Shown here one piece after another: positions 31,605 through 41,923 of a stretch of 64,000 bases of DNA (within the stretch, counting starts at the first letter, position 1; every line of letters starts with the position of its first letter). The DNA is from an uncultured Pelagibacteraceae bacterium. Lineage in GTDB: Bacteria > Pseudomonadota > Alphaproteobacteria > Pelagibacterales > Pelagibacteraceae. The notes beneath the pieces were generated by a model. That model saw only the letters and a program-made list of their open reading frames with translations. It had not been told where the DNA came from and did not search any database. Both the position numbers and the translations under genes were made by a program. The stretch lies in NCBI GenBank assembly GCA_902588855.1, contig CACIQS010000001.1, forward strand, positions 37,083 to 101,082. The letters run 5' to 3'.

Positions 31605-32090
31605 TTAGTATTTAGATTTTTTTGTACCCTCAATAATTTCTTTTAATTCAGTATACTCTTCACAATTACAGTTTTCTAATATTTTTAACCTTTCTTTTGC
31701 CAAGTTTAATCTATTAGTGGCAACATATAACTCACCTAAATATTCATTTATACCTATATGATTAGGTTCAATCTCTAAACCTTGAAGATAATATTTTTCA
31801 CCATTTTCATAATCACCAAGTTTTCTAGTAGTGAAACCTAAATAATTTAAAGTATCAGCTTTGTTTGGTTTTTCTGAGTTAGATTTTAAAAGAAGTTTTT
31901 GAGCTTTAGCATATCTTTTTTTTGCTTTCTCAAGTTTTCCTTTTGCTTCATATTTTTTTGCAAACTTAATTGACTCTACAGCTTTATCATAATTTGATTT
32001 TACTTTTGAAGAAGTAGAACCAGATCCAGCAGAGAAAGAATTTGTAGTAAATAATGATAAAATTAAAATTACAAATAGTTTTCTAATCAT
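31605..32090 (-). CDS. Exported TPR-repeat protein
   Basis: Signal peptide; [15 protein letters not shown] and [15 protein letters not shown] units. Confidence 0.85.
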   Translation of the reverse strand: MIRKLFVILILSLFTTNSFSAGSGSTSSKVKSNYDKAVESIKFAKKYEAKGKLEKAKKRYAKAQKLLLKSNSEKPNKADTLNYLGFTTRKLGDYENGEKYYLQGLEIEPNHIGINEYLGELYVATNRLNLAKERLKILENCNCEEYTELKEIIEGTKKSKY

Positions 32091-32862
32091 TTTTAAATTT
32101 CTCCATTTTATTTAAAGGTCTTAGTTTTAATCCATTTTCTATCAGGTTTTCTCTAATTGATTTTGCTGTAGATAACGAACTTTCGTTATCTCCATGTATG
32201 CATACCGAGTCTATTTCACAAGGGATCTGCTTTCCGCTGTGACAATTAAGTGACTGATTTTTAACCATATTTAATACGTGTTTTTTTGCTTCTTCTGGAT
32301 CAGTAATAAGAGCGTGTGGTTTTTTTCTTGAAACCAAGTTACCATCATCCTCATAGTTTCTGTCAGCAAAAATTTCACAAGCTATTCGCATGTTTAGTTT
32401 TTTCGCTGCTTCTTCCATTTTAGACCCAGTGGGAACCAAATAAATTAAATCTTTATTTATTTCATTTATCGCTTTTGCTAAAGTAGTAGCTAAATCTATA
32501 TCCTCACAAGCCATATTGTTTAATGCGCCGTGTGGTTTTATATGAGTAACATTTTCTCCATGATCTTGAGCAATTTTTTGTAGAATTTCATATTGATCAA
32601 TAATCAAATGTCTTACCTCAGAAGGTGGAAGATTCATTCTTTGTCTTCCAAAATTTTCAGGATCATTAAATGAAGGGTGTGCTCCAATACTAACACCATT
32701 TTTTTTTGAAATTTGTACTACTTGACTCATGGAGTCATAATCACCTGCATGATAACCACATGCGACATTTGCAGAATTAACTATTTCAAGTAAATCTGGA
32801 TCATACTTATTTGAATGATGTTTTGATTTTTCACCTAAATCGCAATTTATATTAATTTCCAT
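32083..32862 (-). CDS. pxpA: 5-oxoprolinase subunit A (LamB/YcsF)
   Basis: INCDLGE, SANVACGYHAGD, GAHPSF, HIKPHGALNN, EIFADRNY, VCIHGDN. Confidence 0.95.
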   Translation of the reverse strand: MEININCDLGEKSKHHSNKYDPDLLEIVNSANVACGYHAGDYDSMSQVVQISKKNGVSIGAHPSFNDPENFGRQRMNLPPSEVRHLIIDQYEILQKIAQDHGENVTHIKPHGALNNMACEDIDLATTLAKAINEINKDLIYLVPTGSKMEEAAKKLNMRIACEIFADRNYEDDGNLVSRKKPHALITDPEEAKKHVLNMVKNQSLNCHSGKQIPCEIDSVCIHGDNESSLSTAKSIRENLIENGLKLRPLNKMEKFKND

Positions 32863-32889
32863 AGTCTCTCATATTAAGTATAACATGTC

Positions 32890-33564
32890 ATGATAAAAAA
32901 CATATCAAATCTTGGTGACGCAGCTTTGTACTGTGATTTTGGTAATGAAGTAAATAAATCAATTAATTCACAAGTAATAAAATATTTTAAAACTATTAAA
33001 GAAAAAAAATTTGAAGGGATAAATAATTTAACACCTTCTTATAATAAATTAATTATTTCTTATGATCTAAAAAAAACAAATTTTAAAGAAGTTAAAAGTT
33101 ATGTCGAGAATATAAATGCAGAAGATCCAATTGATATAAATTCTAAAAAATTAGAAATTCCAGTTTGTTGTCATGAAAATTTCTCAATGGACATAAAAAG
33201 ATTGGAAGAAATATTAAAATTAAGTAGAGAAAAAATTTTAGAGAATTTTTTAAATAAGGAATATTTTTGCTATATGACAGGGTTTATTGCTGGTATGCCT
33301 TTTCTTGGTGACTTAGATGAGAATATGAGAGCTCAACGTTTGGAAACTCCAAGAGTAAAAGTGCCCAAGGGATCTGTTGCATTAACTGAGCAATTTGCAA
33401 ACATTTATACATTTGAAAGTCCAGGTGGATGGAATATTTTAGGAAACACACCTTTAGATGTCTTTGATAGTTCAAAAGAAGACAAACCAAATCTAATTAA
33501 CCCAGGAGACACAGTAATTTTTAAGGAAATTACTTTAGATCAGTATAAAAATTATAATGAGTAG
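32890..33564 (+). CDS. pxpB: 5-oxoprolinase subunit B (KipI/AHS1)
   Basis: LGDAAL, PSYNKL, GFIAGMPFLG, PRVKVPKGSV, ESPGGWNILGNT. Confidence 0.93.
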   Translation: MIKNISNLGDAALYCDFGNEVNKSINSQVIKYFKTIKEKKFEGINNLTPSYNKLIISYDLKKTNFKEVKSYVENINAEDPIDINSKKLEIPVCCHENFSMDIKRLEEILKLSREKILENFLNKEYFCYMTGFIAGMPFLGDLDENMRAQRLETPRVKVPKGSVALTEQFANIYTFESPGGWNILGNTPLDVFDSSKEDKPNLINPGDTVIFKEITLDQYKNYNE

Positions 33565-34501
33565 TAATTATCTAGATATAATCAGACCTGGTATTAATAC
33601 TACCTTTCAAGATAAAGGTAGGGATCATCTTTATCATATTGGCATTCCGTTTAGTGGCGCTATGGATAATAGAAATTATCTTATAGCTAATAAACTTGTT
33701 AATAATAATTTAGACTCTGCAGTTATAGAGTTTGCATATCAAGGGCCTCATATAAAATATTCTGGAGAAAAAATCAATTGTGCCATCACTGGAGATGTAA
33801 TTTTTTCAATTAAAAAAAAAGATAATGAAATAGAGGGCAATTGCTATCAAAGCTATCAAATTGAAAATGGAGATGAAATTAATATCATTTCTACAAATAA
33901 ATCAGTTTATGGATATTTAGCATTAGGTGGAGAACTAGATTTAAAATTTCAATGGAATAGTTGTTCTATAAATACGAAAGCAAATATTGGATCCAATGAT
34001 GGAAAAAAATTAGATGTAGGTCAGAGAATTAATTTAAAAAAAATAAATTCAAATAAAGATATAAAAAAAATTAATTACAATAATACCAAAATAGAAAATA
34101 TTAGGGTAATGAGAGGTACAAATTTTGATTATTTTTCAGAGCAAGGAAAACAAATATTTTATGAAAAAGAATTTATTGTGTCAAAACTTTCTGATAGAAT
34201 GGGCATGAGGCTTGAGGGTCCTAAAATAGAGAATATTGTTAATACCAATATTAAATCAGAGGGATTAATCAAAGGTGTTATTCAGGTACCAGCTGACGGT
34301 AATCCAATAATAATGCTCTCAGATCATGGAACTGTTGGTGGTTATCCAAAAATTGGTGTTGTGGCTAGTGTTGATTATGATCGATTAGTACAAATGGTAC
34401 CAGGATCAAAAATAAAATTTAAAGAGATTAATTTATCTGATGCAGAGACTTTATTTAAGTTATATGAAATGGAAACTCAAAATTTACTATCACAAATTTA
34501 A
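33557..34501 (+). CDS. pxpC: 5-oxoprolinase subunit C (KipA/AHS2)
   Basis: TTFQDKGR, SGAMD, SDRMGMRL, GVIQVPADGNPIIM, TVGGYPKI. Confidence 0.93.
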   Translation: MSSNYLDIIRPGINTTFQDKGRDHLYHIGIPFSGAMDNRNYLIANKLVNNNLDSAVIEFAYQGPHIKYSGEKINCAITGDVIFSIKKKDNEIEGNCYQSYQIENGDEINIISTNKSVYGYLALGGELDLKFQWNSCSINTKANIGSNDGKKLDVGQRINLKKINSNKDIKKINYNNTKIENIRVMRGTNFDYFSEQGKQIFYEKEFIVSKLSDRMGMRLEGPKIENIVNTNIKSEGLIKGVIQVPADGNPIIMLSDHGTVGGYPKIGVVASVDYDRLVQMVPGSKIKFKEINLSDAETLFKLYEMETQNLLSQI

Positions 34502-35370
34502 TGAATTTTTTATCAAAAATACCTGGACCTTTTTTAGTTTTTTTAGGAGCTTGTGCATTAAGTTTTGGAGGTTTAATCGTTAAGTCTTTTGAGGGATCTA
34601 CACTTTGGCAAATATTATTTTGGAGATCACTTTTCTTTATTGGAGTAATTACAATTTTTTTAACATTTACCTACAAAGGAAAAATTTTTAGTGCTCTTTA
34701 TAAATCTGGAATTCCAGGTTTATTTGGCGGTATGATTTTATCTATTGGATTTGCTAGTTATGTATTTGCTATGTACGAAACAACAGTAGCTAACGCAAAT
34801 TTTATAATTCAAACTCAAGCTTTGTTTTTAGCAATTTTTGGTTATGTTTTTTTAAAAGAAACAATTTCAAAAATTACATTAACTTGCATTATTACAGCAG
34901 TAATTGGTATCATTTTAATGTTAGGAAGTTCACTGACACCAGGTCAAATGACTGGAAATTTAGTTGCATTCATTATGCCAATATCATTTGCGATCTTAAT
35001 TTTAATTGTTAGAAAATACCCAGAGGTCGATATGATACCTTTACAACTCGTTGCTGGAATTTTTGCAACGTTAATAGGTTTGTTTATGTCACCGAGTATT
35101 ATTGTATCAACAAATGATATTTTTTTAGGATTTATTGCAGGATTTTTTCAAGTTGGACTTGGCTTTATACTTATAACCATTGGAGCAAGATCAACATCTT
35201 CAGCTTTTGTTGGAATAATTATGTTAACTGAAGCTGTCCTAGGACCTATGTGGGCATGGATATTTGCAAACGAAAATCCACCACTTACTGTACTTTTTGG
35301 GGGAGCTGTCGTCATATCAGCGGTAGTTATGCAGTTTTTGTCTCCATTACTTGTCAAAAAACCTAGCTAA
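34501..35370 (+). CDS. DMT/EamA family transporter
   Basis: About 10 hydrophobic segments, FLKETI, LTEAVLGPMWAW. Confidence 0.88.
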   Translation: MNFLSKIPGPFLVFLGACALSFGGLIVKSFEGSTLWQILFWRSLFFIGVITIFLTFTYKGKIFSALYKSGIPGLFGGMILSIGFASYVFAMYETTVANANFIIQTQALFLAIFGYVFLKETISKITLTCIITAVIGIILMLGSSLTPGQMTGNLVAFIMPISFAILILIVRKYPEVDMIPLQLVAGIFATLIGLFMSPSIIVSTNDIFLGFIAGFFQVGLGFILITIGARSTSSAFVGIIMLTEAVLGPMWAWIFANENPPLTVLFGGAVVISAVVMQFLSPLLVKKPS

Positions 35371-35410
35371 ATAAATTTTACATAAACATTTTAAATGTGT
35401 TATAAATTTA

Positions 35411-35553
35411 TACACGGGAGAGACTACTTTTGTAGCGCCGAAGGAGCAACCACCCCGGAAACTCTCAGGCAAATGGACCGTACATATTAACTCTGGAAAG
35501 AGAATTATTCTCGCCGAAGGAGCAAATCTCTCAGGCACCAAGACAGAGGGGGC
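35411..35553 (+). ncRNA. Tandem glycine riboswitch
   Basis: Two aptamers, GGAGAGA..CGCCGAAGGAGCAA..GAAACTCTCAGGCAAA.GGAC and CTCTGGAAAGA..CGCCGAAGGAGCAAA.CTCTCAGGCA..GACAGAGGG, directly upstream of gcvT. Confidence 0.97.
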
Positions 35554-35567
35554 AAAGAAGAGTTAAT

Positions 35568-36671
35568 ATGGAAATTAAAAAAACATCACTAAATAAACTT
35601 CATCAAAGCAATAAAGCTAAGTTTGTTGAGTTTGCTGGTTATGAAATGCCTATACAGTATAGCAAAGGTATTATTGAAGAGCATAAATTCACAAGATCGC
35701 ATTCAGGAATTTTTGATGTATCTCATATGGGCCAGCTATTTATATATGGCGATGAAACCTTAACAGAAGAATTAGAAAAAATTTTTCCATTAGATTTAAA
35801 AAATCTAAATCAAAACTGCTCTAAGTATAGTTTTTTAATGAATGAGGATGCGGGAATTTATGATGATTTAATCATCACTAAAATAGAGGAAGGGTATTTA
35901 ATTATCTTAAATGCTGCATGCAAAGATAAAGATTTTGAAATTTTATCTAATTTACTAGGTTCAAAATTTAGAATGAATTTAGATAACGATAGATCTTTGA
36001 TAGCAATTCAAGGACCCAAGTCAGTTGAAATTTTAAACTCAATCATAAATGGGGTTGATCAACTAAATTTTATGACAGGAAATTGGTTTGACTCTGATAA
36101 TCAAAAATTATTTGTCACAAGATCAGGTTATACAGGGGAAGATGGATTTGAAATTTCAATATCTAACGAAAATGCTGAAAAATTTGTAGAGAATTTAATA
36201 AAAAAAGGAGCACAACTTATAGGACTTGGGGCAAGAGATACCTTGAGATTAGAGGCTGGATTGTGCTTATATGGTCACGAGTTAGATATAAATAAAACAC
36301 CAGTTGAAGCAAACCTTAAATGGGCAATATCAAAGTCTAGATTATCAAATGGTGGTTTTATAGGATCAAAAAAAATTATGAACCAAATACAAGATGGAGC
36401 AAGCCAAATAAGAGTAGGCGTTAAACCAGAAGGTAGGCTGATTGCTAGAGAAAAAACTAAAATATTTGATGATACAGATACACAAATCGGCGAGATAACT
36501 AGTGGCACGTTTGGGCCAAGTGTAAATGGTCCTATAGCGATGGGTTATGTTAATAAAGAGTTTTCAAAAGTTGATACAAAAATTTTGCTTGAGGTAAGAG
36601 GAAAAAAACATCCAGCAAATGTTTGCGCATTACCATTTTATAAAAAAAATTATGTGAAAGGAGTAAATTAA
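35568..36671 (+). CDS. gcvT: Glycine cleavage aminomethyltransferase T
   Basis: [47 protein letters not shown]. Confidence 0.98.
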   Translation: MEIKKTSLNKLHQSNKAKFVEFAGYEMPIQYSKGIIEEHKFTRSHSGIFDVSHMGQLFIYGDETLTEELEKIFPLDLKNLNQNCSKYSFLMNEDAGIYDDLIITKIEEGYLIILNAACKDKDFEILSNLLGSKFRMNLDNDRSLIAIQGPKSVEILNSIINGVDQLNFMTGNWFDSDNQKLFVTRSGYTGEDGFEISISNENAEKFVENLIKKGAQLIGLGARDTLRLEAGLCLYGHELDINKTPVEANLKWAISKSRLSNGGFIGSKKIMNQIQDGASQIRVGVKPEGRLIAREKTKIFDDTDTQIGEITSGTFGPSVNGPIAMGYVNKEFSKVDTKILLEVRGKKHPANVCALPFYKKNYVKGVN

Positions 36672-37051
36672 TGAGTGAAGTAAAATTTTCAAAAGAACAT
36701 GAGTGGATTACTTTAGAGGACGATGTAGCCACAATAGGAATTACAAAACATGCAACAGAAATGCTTGGCGACATAGTTTTTGCAGAACTTCCTGAAAAGG
36801 GGTCTAATGTTGAAAAAGATGGTACTGCAGGAGTAGTAGAGTCTACAAAAGCTGCTAGTGATGTTTATACTCCAGTTAGTGGTGAGATAGTAGATACAAA
36901 TCAAGCCATTGTAGATGATCCTTCTAAAATAAATGAAGATCCAGAGGGTTCAGCATGGTTTTTTAAACTTAAAATGAAAGATCAATCTGAAATGGATAGC
37001 CTAATGAACAAAGAAGAATACGATAAATTTGCAAAGGAGAGTGCTAGCTAA
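36671..37051 (+). CDS. gcvH: Glycine cleavage H protein
   Basis: [19 protein letters not shown] (lipoyl Lys). Confidence 0.98.
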   Translation: MSEVKFSKEHEWITLEDDVATIGITKHATEMLGDIVFAELPEKGSNVEKDGTAGVVESTKAASDVYTPVSGEIVDTNQAIVDDPSKINEDPEGSAWFFKLKMKDQSEMDSLMNKEEYDKFAKESAS

Positions 37052-39921
37052 TGTTACATAACTCACAAAAAGACTTTTTAAAAAGACACATTGGACCTTC
37101 AAATGAAGATCAAAATAAAATGCTGAAGGAGCTTAATTACAATTCATTAGATGATTTGATCAAAAGCACAGTTCCAGAAAAGATACAATTGAAAGATGGA
37201 TTAAATATAGGCGAGTCTAATTCTGAGTATGAAGCATTAAGAAAATTGAAAGCAATTTCAAAAAAAAATCAAATTTATTCAAATTTTATCGGTATGGGTT
37301 ACTACGGAACATACACCCCATATGTAATTTTAAGAAATATTTTAGAAAATCCAGGTTGGTACACTTCTTATACTCCTTATCAGCCTGAAGTAGCACAAGG
37401 AAGATTAGAAATGCTTCTAAACTTCCAACAAATGATTGTTGATTTCACAGGCATGGATATTGCAAACGCATCTTTGCTTGATGAAGGAACAGCTGCAGCA
37501 GAAGCCATGGGATTAAGTCATAGATTAAATAAAAAGGATAGTAATTTAGTATTTGTTTCAGAAAATTGTCATCCACAAACAATTGATGTAATTCAAACAA
37601 GAGCAGAGCCAATGGGATTAAAAGTACTTGTTGGTGATGAAGATAAAGTATTAGACCAATTAAAAGAGGATTTAGTTTGTGGAATTCTTCAATATCCTGG
37701 AACTTTAGGTGACATCAAAGATCCAAGTGAAGCTATTAGCAAAATCCATAAAAAAAATGGAAAAGCTGTATTAGTTTCTGATTTATTAGCTTTAGCACTT
37801 CTTAAAACACCAAGAGAATTAGGTGCTGATATTGCAGTTGGAAGCTCTCAAAGGTTTGGAATTCCAATGGGTTATGGTGGACCTCATGCAGCTTTCTTTG
37901 CAACTAAAGACGAGTTCAAAAGATCTATGCCAGGAAGAATTATTGGTGTGTCTGTTGATAGACATGGAAATAAAGCTTACAGATTATCACTTCAAACAAG
38001 AGAACAGCATATTAGAAGAGATAAAGCGACAAGTAATATTTGTACGGCTCAAGCATTGTTAGCAATCGTTTCAGCAGCATACGCCATTTACCATGGACCA
38101 GAGGGAATAAAAACTATTGCAGAACGAGTATCACAATTAGCTAAAAATTTTGCAGATAAACTAAAACAATCTGGATACGAAATTTATTCAGATCATTTCT
38201 TTGATACAGTTACAATTGTAACAAAAGATAAAACTGATCAAATCTATAAAAATGCATTAGATCAAAAAGTAAACATTAGAAGAGTAAATTCTGAAATGTT
38301 AGCTGTTTCTTTTGATGAAAAGAAAAATGTTTACAGAGTAAATCAATTATTAAAAATTTTTAATGCAGCTGAATCAATTAAAAAGGAAGATCCAACAGTA
38401 AGTTTGCCAAACTTACCAAAAAATTTATTGAGAACTTCAAAATATTTAGAACATCCTGTTTTTAATTCATATCATTCAGAAACTGAGATGCTTAGATATT
38501 TAAAAAAATTAGAAGATAAAGATATAGCTCTTAATAGAACTATGATTGCACTTGGCTCATGTACCATGAAATTAAATGCTACTGCAGAAATGATACCTAT
38601 TTCATGGAGAGAATTAGCTGAACCTCACCCGTTTGTTCCAGTAGAGCAGATGGAAGGTTACAGAGCATTATTCACTGATCTTAAAAATTGGTTAAGATCC
38701 ATTACTGGTTTTTCTGGAGTTTCACTTCAACCTAATGCAGGTGCTCAAGGAGAGTATGCGGGATTAATGGTAATTAGAAAATATCATTTAGATAGAGGCG
38801 AAGAAAACAGAAATATATGTTTAATACCAAGTTCAGCACATGGAACAAATCCTGCTAGCGCTCAAATGGTTGGAATGAAAGTTGTAGTAGTTGATTGTGA
38901 TAAAGAGGGAAATGTTGATTTTGATGATTTAAAGAAAAAAGCTGAAACGCATTCAGAAAATCTTGGAGCATTAATGGTTACATATCCATCTACTCACGGA
39001 GTATTTGAAGAAAAAATTACAGATATCTGTGAATTAATTCATAAACACGGTGGTCAAGTTTACATGGATGGTGCAAATTTAAACGCACTTGTTGGTATCG
39101 CGAGACCAGGAAATTTTGGTCCAGATGTTTGTCATATAAACTTGCACAAAACATTCTGTATTCCGCACGGAGGAGGAGGTCCGGGAATGGGACCTATTGC
39201 ATGTAAAAGACATTTACAGGTTTATTTACCTAATCATCCAGTTGTTAAAGATTGTGGACCTGCCACAGGAATAGGAGCAGTTTCAGCTGCACCTTGGGGA
39301 AGCTCAAGTATTTTATCAATTTCCTGGATGTATATTAAAATGATGGGCTCTGAAGGTTTAAAACTAGCTACCCAAGTCGCGATATTAAACGCTAATTATA
39401 TAGCTCATAGACTTAAAGATCATTTCCCAATTTTGTACAAAGGTTCAAATGGCAATGTCGCTCATGAATGTATTATTGATATTCGATCAATTAAGAGTGA
39501 GACAGGTATCACAGAGGAAGATATTGCTAAAAGATTAATCGATTATGGTTTCCACGCACCAACAATGTCTTGGCCAGTTGCAGGAACTATGATGATAGAG
39601 CCAACAGAGAGCGAAAGTTTGTCTGAGCTTGATAGATTTTGTGATACTTTAATAAATATCAAGTCTGAAATAGATATGATTAAGTCTGGTGAGTTTGATA
39701 AAGTAGACAATCCTATTAAGAATGCTCCTCATACGGACATAGAACTTGCATCAGATGAATGGAATCATAAATATACAAGAGAGCAAGCTGCTTATCCTGC
39801 CAAGTTCTTAAAAACAAATAAATTTTGGCCACCAGTTGCAAGAGTGGACAATGTTTATGGAGATAAGAATATATTTTGTACTTGTCCAAGTATGGATGAG
39901 TTTAAAGAAGACGCGGCATAA
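37051..39921 (+). CDS. gcvP: Glycine dehydrogenase (decarboxylating), single-chain P protein
   Basis: YTPYQPEVAQGRLE, KATSNICTAQ, LGSCTMKLN, NLHKTFCIPHGGGGPG. Confidence 0.99.
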   Translation: MLHNSQKDFLKRHIGPSNEDQNKMLKELNYNSLDDLIKSTVPEKIQLKDGLNIGESNSEYEALRKLKAISKKNQIYSNFIGMGYYGTYTPYVILRNILENPGWYTSYTPYQPEVAQGRLEMLLNFQQMIVDFTGMDIANASLLDEGTAAAEAMGLSHRLNKKDSNLVFVSENCHPQTIDVIQTRAEPMGLKVLVGDEDKVLDQLKEDLVCGILQYPGTLGDIKDPSEAISKIHKKNGKAVLVSDLLALALLKTPRELGADIAVGSSQRFGIPMGYGGPHAAFFATKDEFKRSMPGRIIGVSVDRHGNKAYRLSLQTREQHIRRDKATSNICTAQALLAIVSAAYAIYHGPEGIKTIAERVSQLAKNFADKLKQSGYEIYSDHFFDTVTIVTKDKTDQIYKNALDQKVNIRRVNSEMLAVSFDEKKNVYRVNQLLKIFNAAESIKKEDPTVSLPNLPKNLLRTSKYLEHPVFNSYHSETEMLRYLKKLEDKDIALNRTMIALGSCTMKLNATAEMIPISWRELAEPHPFVPVEQMEGYRALFTDLKNWLRSITGFSGVSLQPNAGAQGEYAGLMVIRKYHLDRGEENRNICLIPSSAHGTNPASAQMVGMKVVVVDCDKEGNVDFDDLKKKAETHSENLGALMVTYPSTHGVFEEKITDICELIHKHGGQVYMDGANLNALVGIARPGNFGPDVCHINLHKTFCIPHGGGGPGMGPIACKRHLQVYLPNHPVVKDCGPATGIGAVSAAPWGSSSILSISWMYIKMMGSEGLKLATQVAILNANYIAHRLKDHFPILYKGSNGNVAHECIIDIRSIKSETGITEEDIAKRLIDYGFHAPTMSWPVAGTMMIEPTESESLSELDRFCDTLINIKSEIDMIKSGEFDKVDNPIKNAPHTDIELASDEWNHKYTREQAAYPAKFLKTNKFWPPVARVDNVYGDKNIFCTCPSMDEFKEDAA

Positions 39922-39927
39922 TAATTA

Positions 39928-41166
39928 ATGAAAATTGCCGTAGTTGGTTCTGGTATATCAGGCTTAAGTGCTGCATATTATTTATCAAAAAAACATGATG
40001 TAGATCTTTTTGAGAAAGAAGATCATTTTGGTGGTCACTCTCATACAATAGATTTAATTTTTGATGAAAGGAAAGTATCTGTAGATATTGGTTTTATTGT
40101 ATTTAATTTTCAAACTTATCCAAATTTAATTAATTTTTTTAAAGAAAATGATGTTCAGATAGAAAAAAGTGACATGTCCTTTTCTGTATCAGTTGAAAAC
40201 TCAAGCTTTGAATATTGTGGAAAGGGTTTGAATGGAATTTTTTCTAACAGATCAAATTTATTCAATATTAATTTCTTAAAAATGTTTTTTGATATCATCA
40301 AATTTTATAAAAATAGTGATCAAATAAATATTACAGATCAAAAATTAACTTTAGGTGAATATTTAGAAAATAATAAATTATCAAAAACATTTATTGATTA
40401 CCATATTATCCCGATGGTGTCTGCAATCTGGTCTATGCCTCCTTATGAAGCAAGCAAGATGCCAATTACATTCTTTTTAAAATTTTTCCAAAATCATGGG
40501 CTATTTAAATTAAAAAATAGACCTCAGTGGTATACTGTAACCAACAGAAGCAGGACTTATGTTAATAAAGTAATTTCAAAGATAAGTGGTGAATACTTTA
40601 AAAATTACAAAATAAAAAAAATTATAAGAAAATCTAAAGGATTAGATTTATATTATGGTGGTGAGAGTGAATTTTTTGATTATGACAAAGTTGTAATAGC
40701 AGCTCACGCTGATGAAGCTTTAAAGTTGATTGATAATCCTACTAATGAAGAGACAAAAATTTTATCTAATTTTAGTTATAAAGAAAATATTGCATATATT
40801 CATACAGATAAAAGAGTGATGCCAAAAAATAAAAAGGCATGGTGTTCATGGAATTCATCCATAAATGACAAAGATTTGGAAAAAAACTCTATTACATATT
40901 GGTTAAATCTTTTGCAAAATCTCAAATGTGACCAGGATATTTTTTTAACTCTTAATCCTTATTTTGAGATTGATAAGAATAAAATACTTAGAATAGTTAA
41001 ATTTACTCATCCTTATTATGATCAACAAGCATTAGATGCTCAATCAGAATTATCTAGTTTGCAAAATAAAAAAGATTTACTTTTTTGTGGGAGTTATTTT
41101 GGTTACGGTTTTCATGAAGATGGAATAAAATCATCTATTGAAATGCTAAAATACTTAAATGATTAA
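39928..41166 (+). CDS. FAD-dependent oxidoreductase, COG2907 type (UfaD-like fatty-acyl desaturase candidate)
   Basis: VVGSGISGL, GGHSHT, VDIGFIVFN..TYPN, AIWS, WCSWN, YFGYGFHEDG. Confidence 0.85.
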   Translation: MKIAVVGSGISGLSAAYYLSKKHDVDLFEKEDHFGGHSHTIDLIFDERKVSVDIGFIVFNFQTYPNLINFFKENDVQIEKSDMSFSVSVENSSFEYCGKGLNGIFSNRSNLFNINFLKMFFDIIKFYKNSDQINITDQKLTLGEYLENNKLSKTFIDYHIIPMVSAIWSMPPYEASKMPITFFLKFFQNHGLFKLKNRPQWYTVTNRSRTYVNKVISKISGEYFKNYKIKKIIRKSKGLDLYYGGESEFFDYDKVVIAAHADEALKLIDNPTNEETKILSNFSYKENIAYIHTDKRVMPKNKKAWCSWNSSINDKDLEKNSITYWLNLLQNLKCDQDIFLTLNPYFEIDKNKILRIVKFTHPYYDQQALDAQSELSSLQNKKDLLFCGSYFGYGFHEDGIKSSIEMLKYLND

Positions 41167-41923
41167 TTCATGCATATATAATGGGAAAGTAATCCATAAA
41201 CGTTTTAAACCTAAAGAACACTATTTTAAGTATAGCGTTTTCTCACTTTTAATTGATTTATCTGAATTGAAAAAAATAGATCAGGAGATCAGTTTCTTTT
41301 CATTGAATAAATTCAATTTAATTAGTTTTTACGAAAAAGATCATGGTGAACGTGATGGATCTTCTCTTGAAGAATGGGTAAAGAAAAATTTAGAACAAAA
41401 TAAAATAGAAACTGCAAATATAAAAATTAAGCTGCTTTGTTATCCAAGAATTTTTGGTTATGTATTTAATCCTCTAAGTATCTTTTTTGTTTACAACCAA
41501 AATAATAAATTAATATCTATTTTATATGAGGTAAAAAATACATTTAGTGAGCAGCACACTTATGTATTTAAAGTAGAAAATGAAAATAAATTAATCCAAA
41601 ATAATTGCTCTAAAAAATTTCATGTTTCACCTTTTATAGAAATGAATTGCAAGTATTTTTTTAGAATTCTTAATCCTGATGAAAAACTTTCTGTAATCAT
41701 TGATCAATATGATCATGAAGGCAAAATTCTATTTGCATCTCAGGATGGTAAAAAAACTGAGTTAAATAGCAGTAAATTATTAAAGTCTTATTTAAAACAT
41801 CCTCTAATGACTTTTAAAGTAATATCAGCAATCCATTTTGAAGCATTTAAATTATGGATGAAAGGAATTAAAATTATTAAAAAAAAAGTAAAAATAAGAA
41901 ATAACTTAACAGTAGAAAATTAA
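41159..41923 (+). CDS. DUF1365 family protein (UfaO-like)
   Basis: GKVIHKRFKP, PRIFGYVFNPLS, EVKNTF, KKFHVSPF, IHFEAFKLWMKG. Confidence 0.9.
   Translation: MINSCIYNGKVIHKRFKPKEHYFKYSVFSLLIDLSELKKIDQEISFFSLNKFNLISFYEKDHGERDGSSLEEWVKKNLEQNKIETANIKIKLLCYPRIFGYVFNPLSIFFVYNQNNKLISILYEVKNTFSEQHTYVFKVENENKLIQNNCSKKFHVSPFIEMNCKYFFRILNPDEKLSVIIDQYDHEGKILFASQDGKKTELNSSKLLKSYLKHPLMTFKVISAIHFEAFKLWMKGIKIIKKKVKIRNNLTVEN

Noticed and set aside
32890-34501. Allophanate hydrolase or urea carboxylase as a second urea pathway
   Set aside because: AHS1/AHS2 genes next to a LamB/YcsF gene are the PxpABC 5-oxoprolinase, and no biotin carboxylase gene is present.
35347-35541. 64-aa minus-strand ORF
   Set aside because: Antisense to the GC-richer glycine riboswitch, which explains the open frame.
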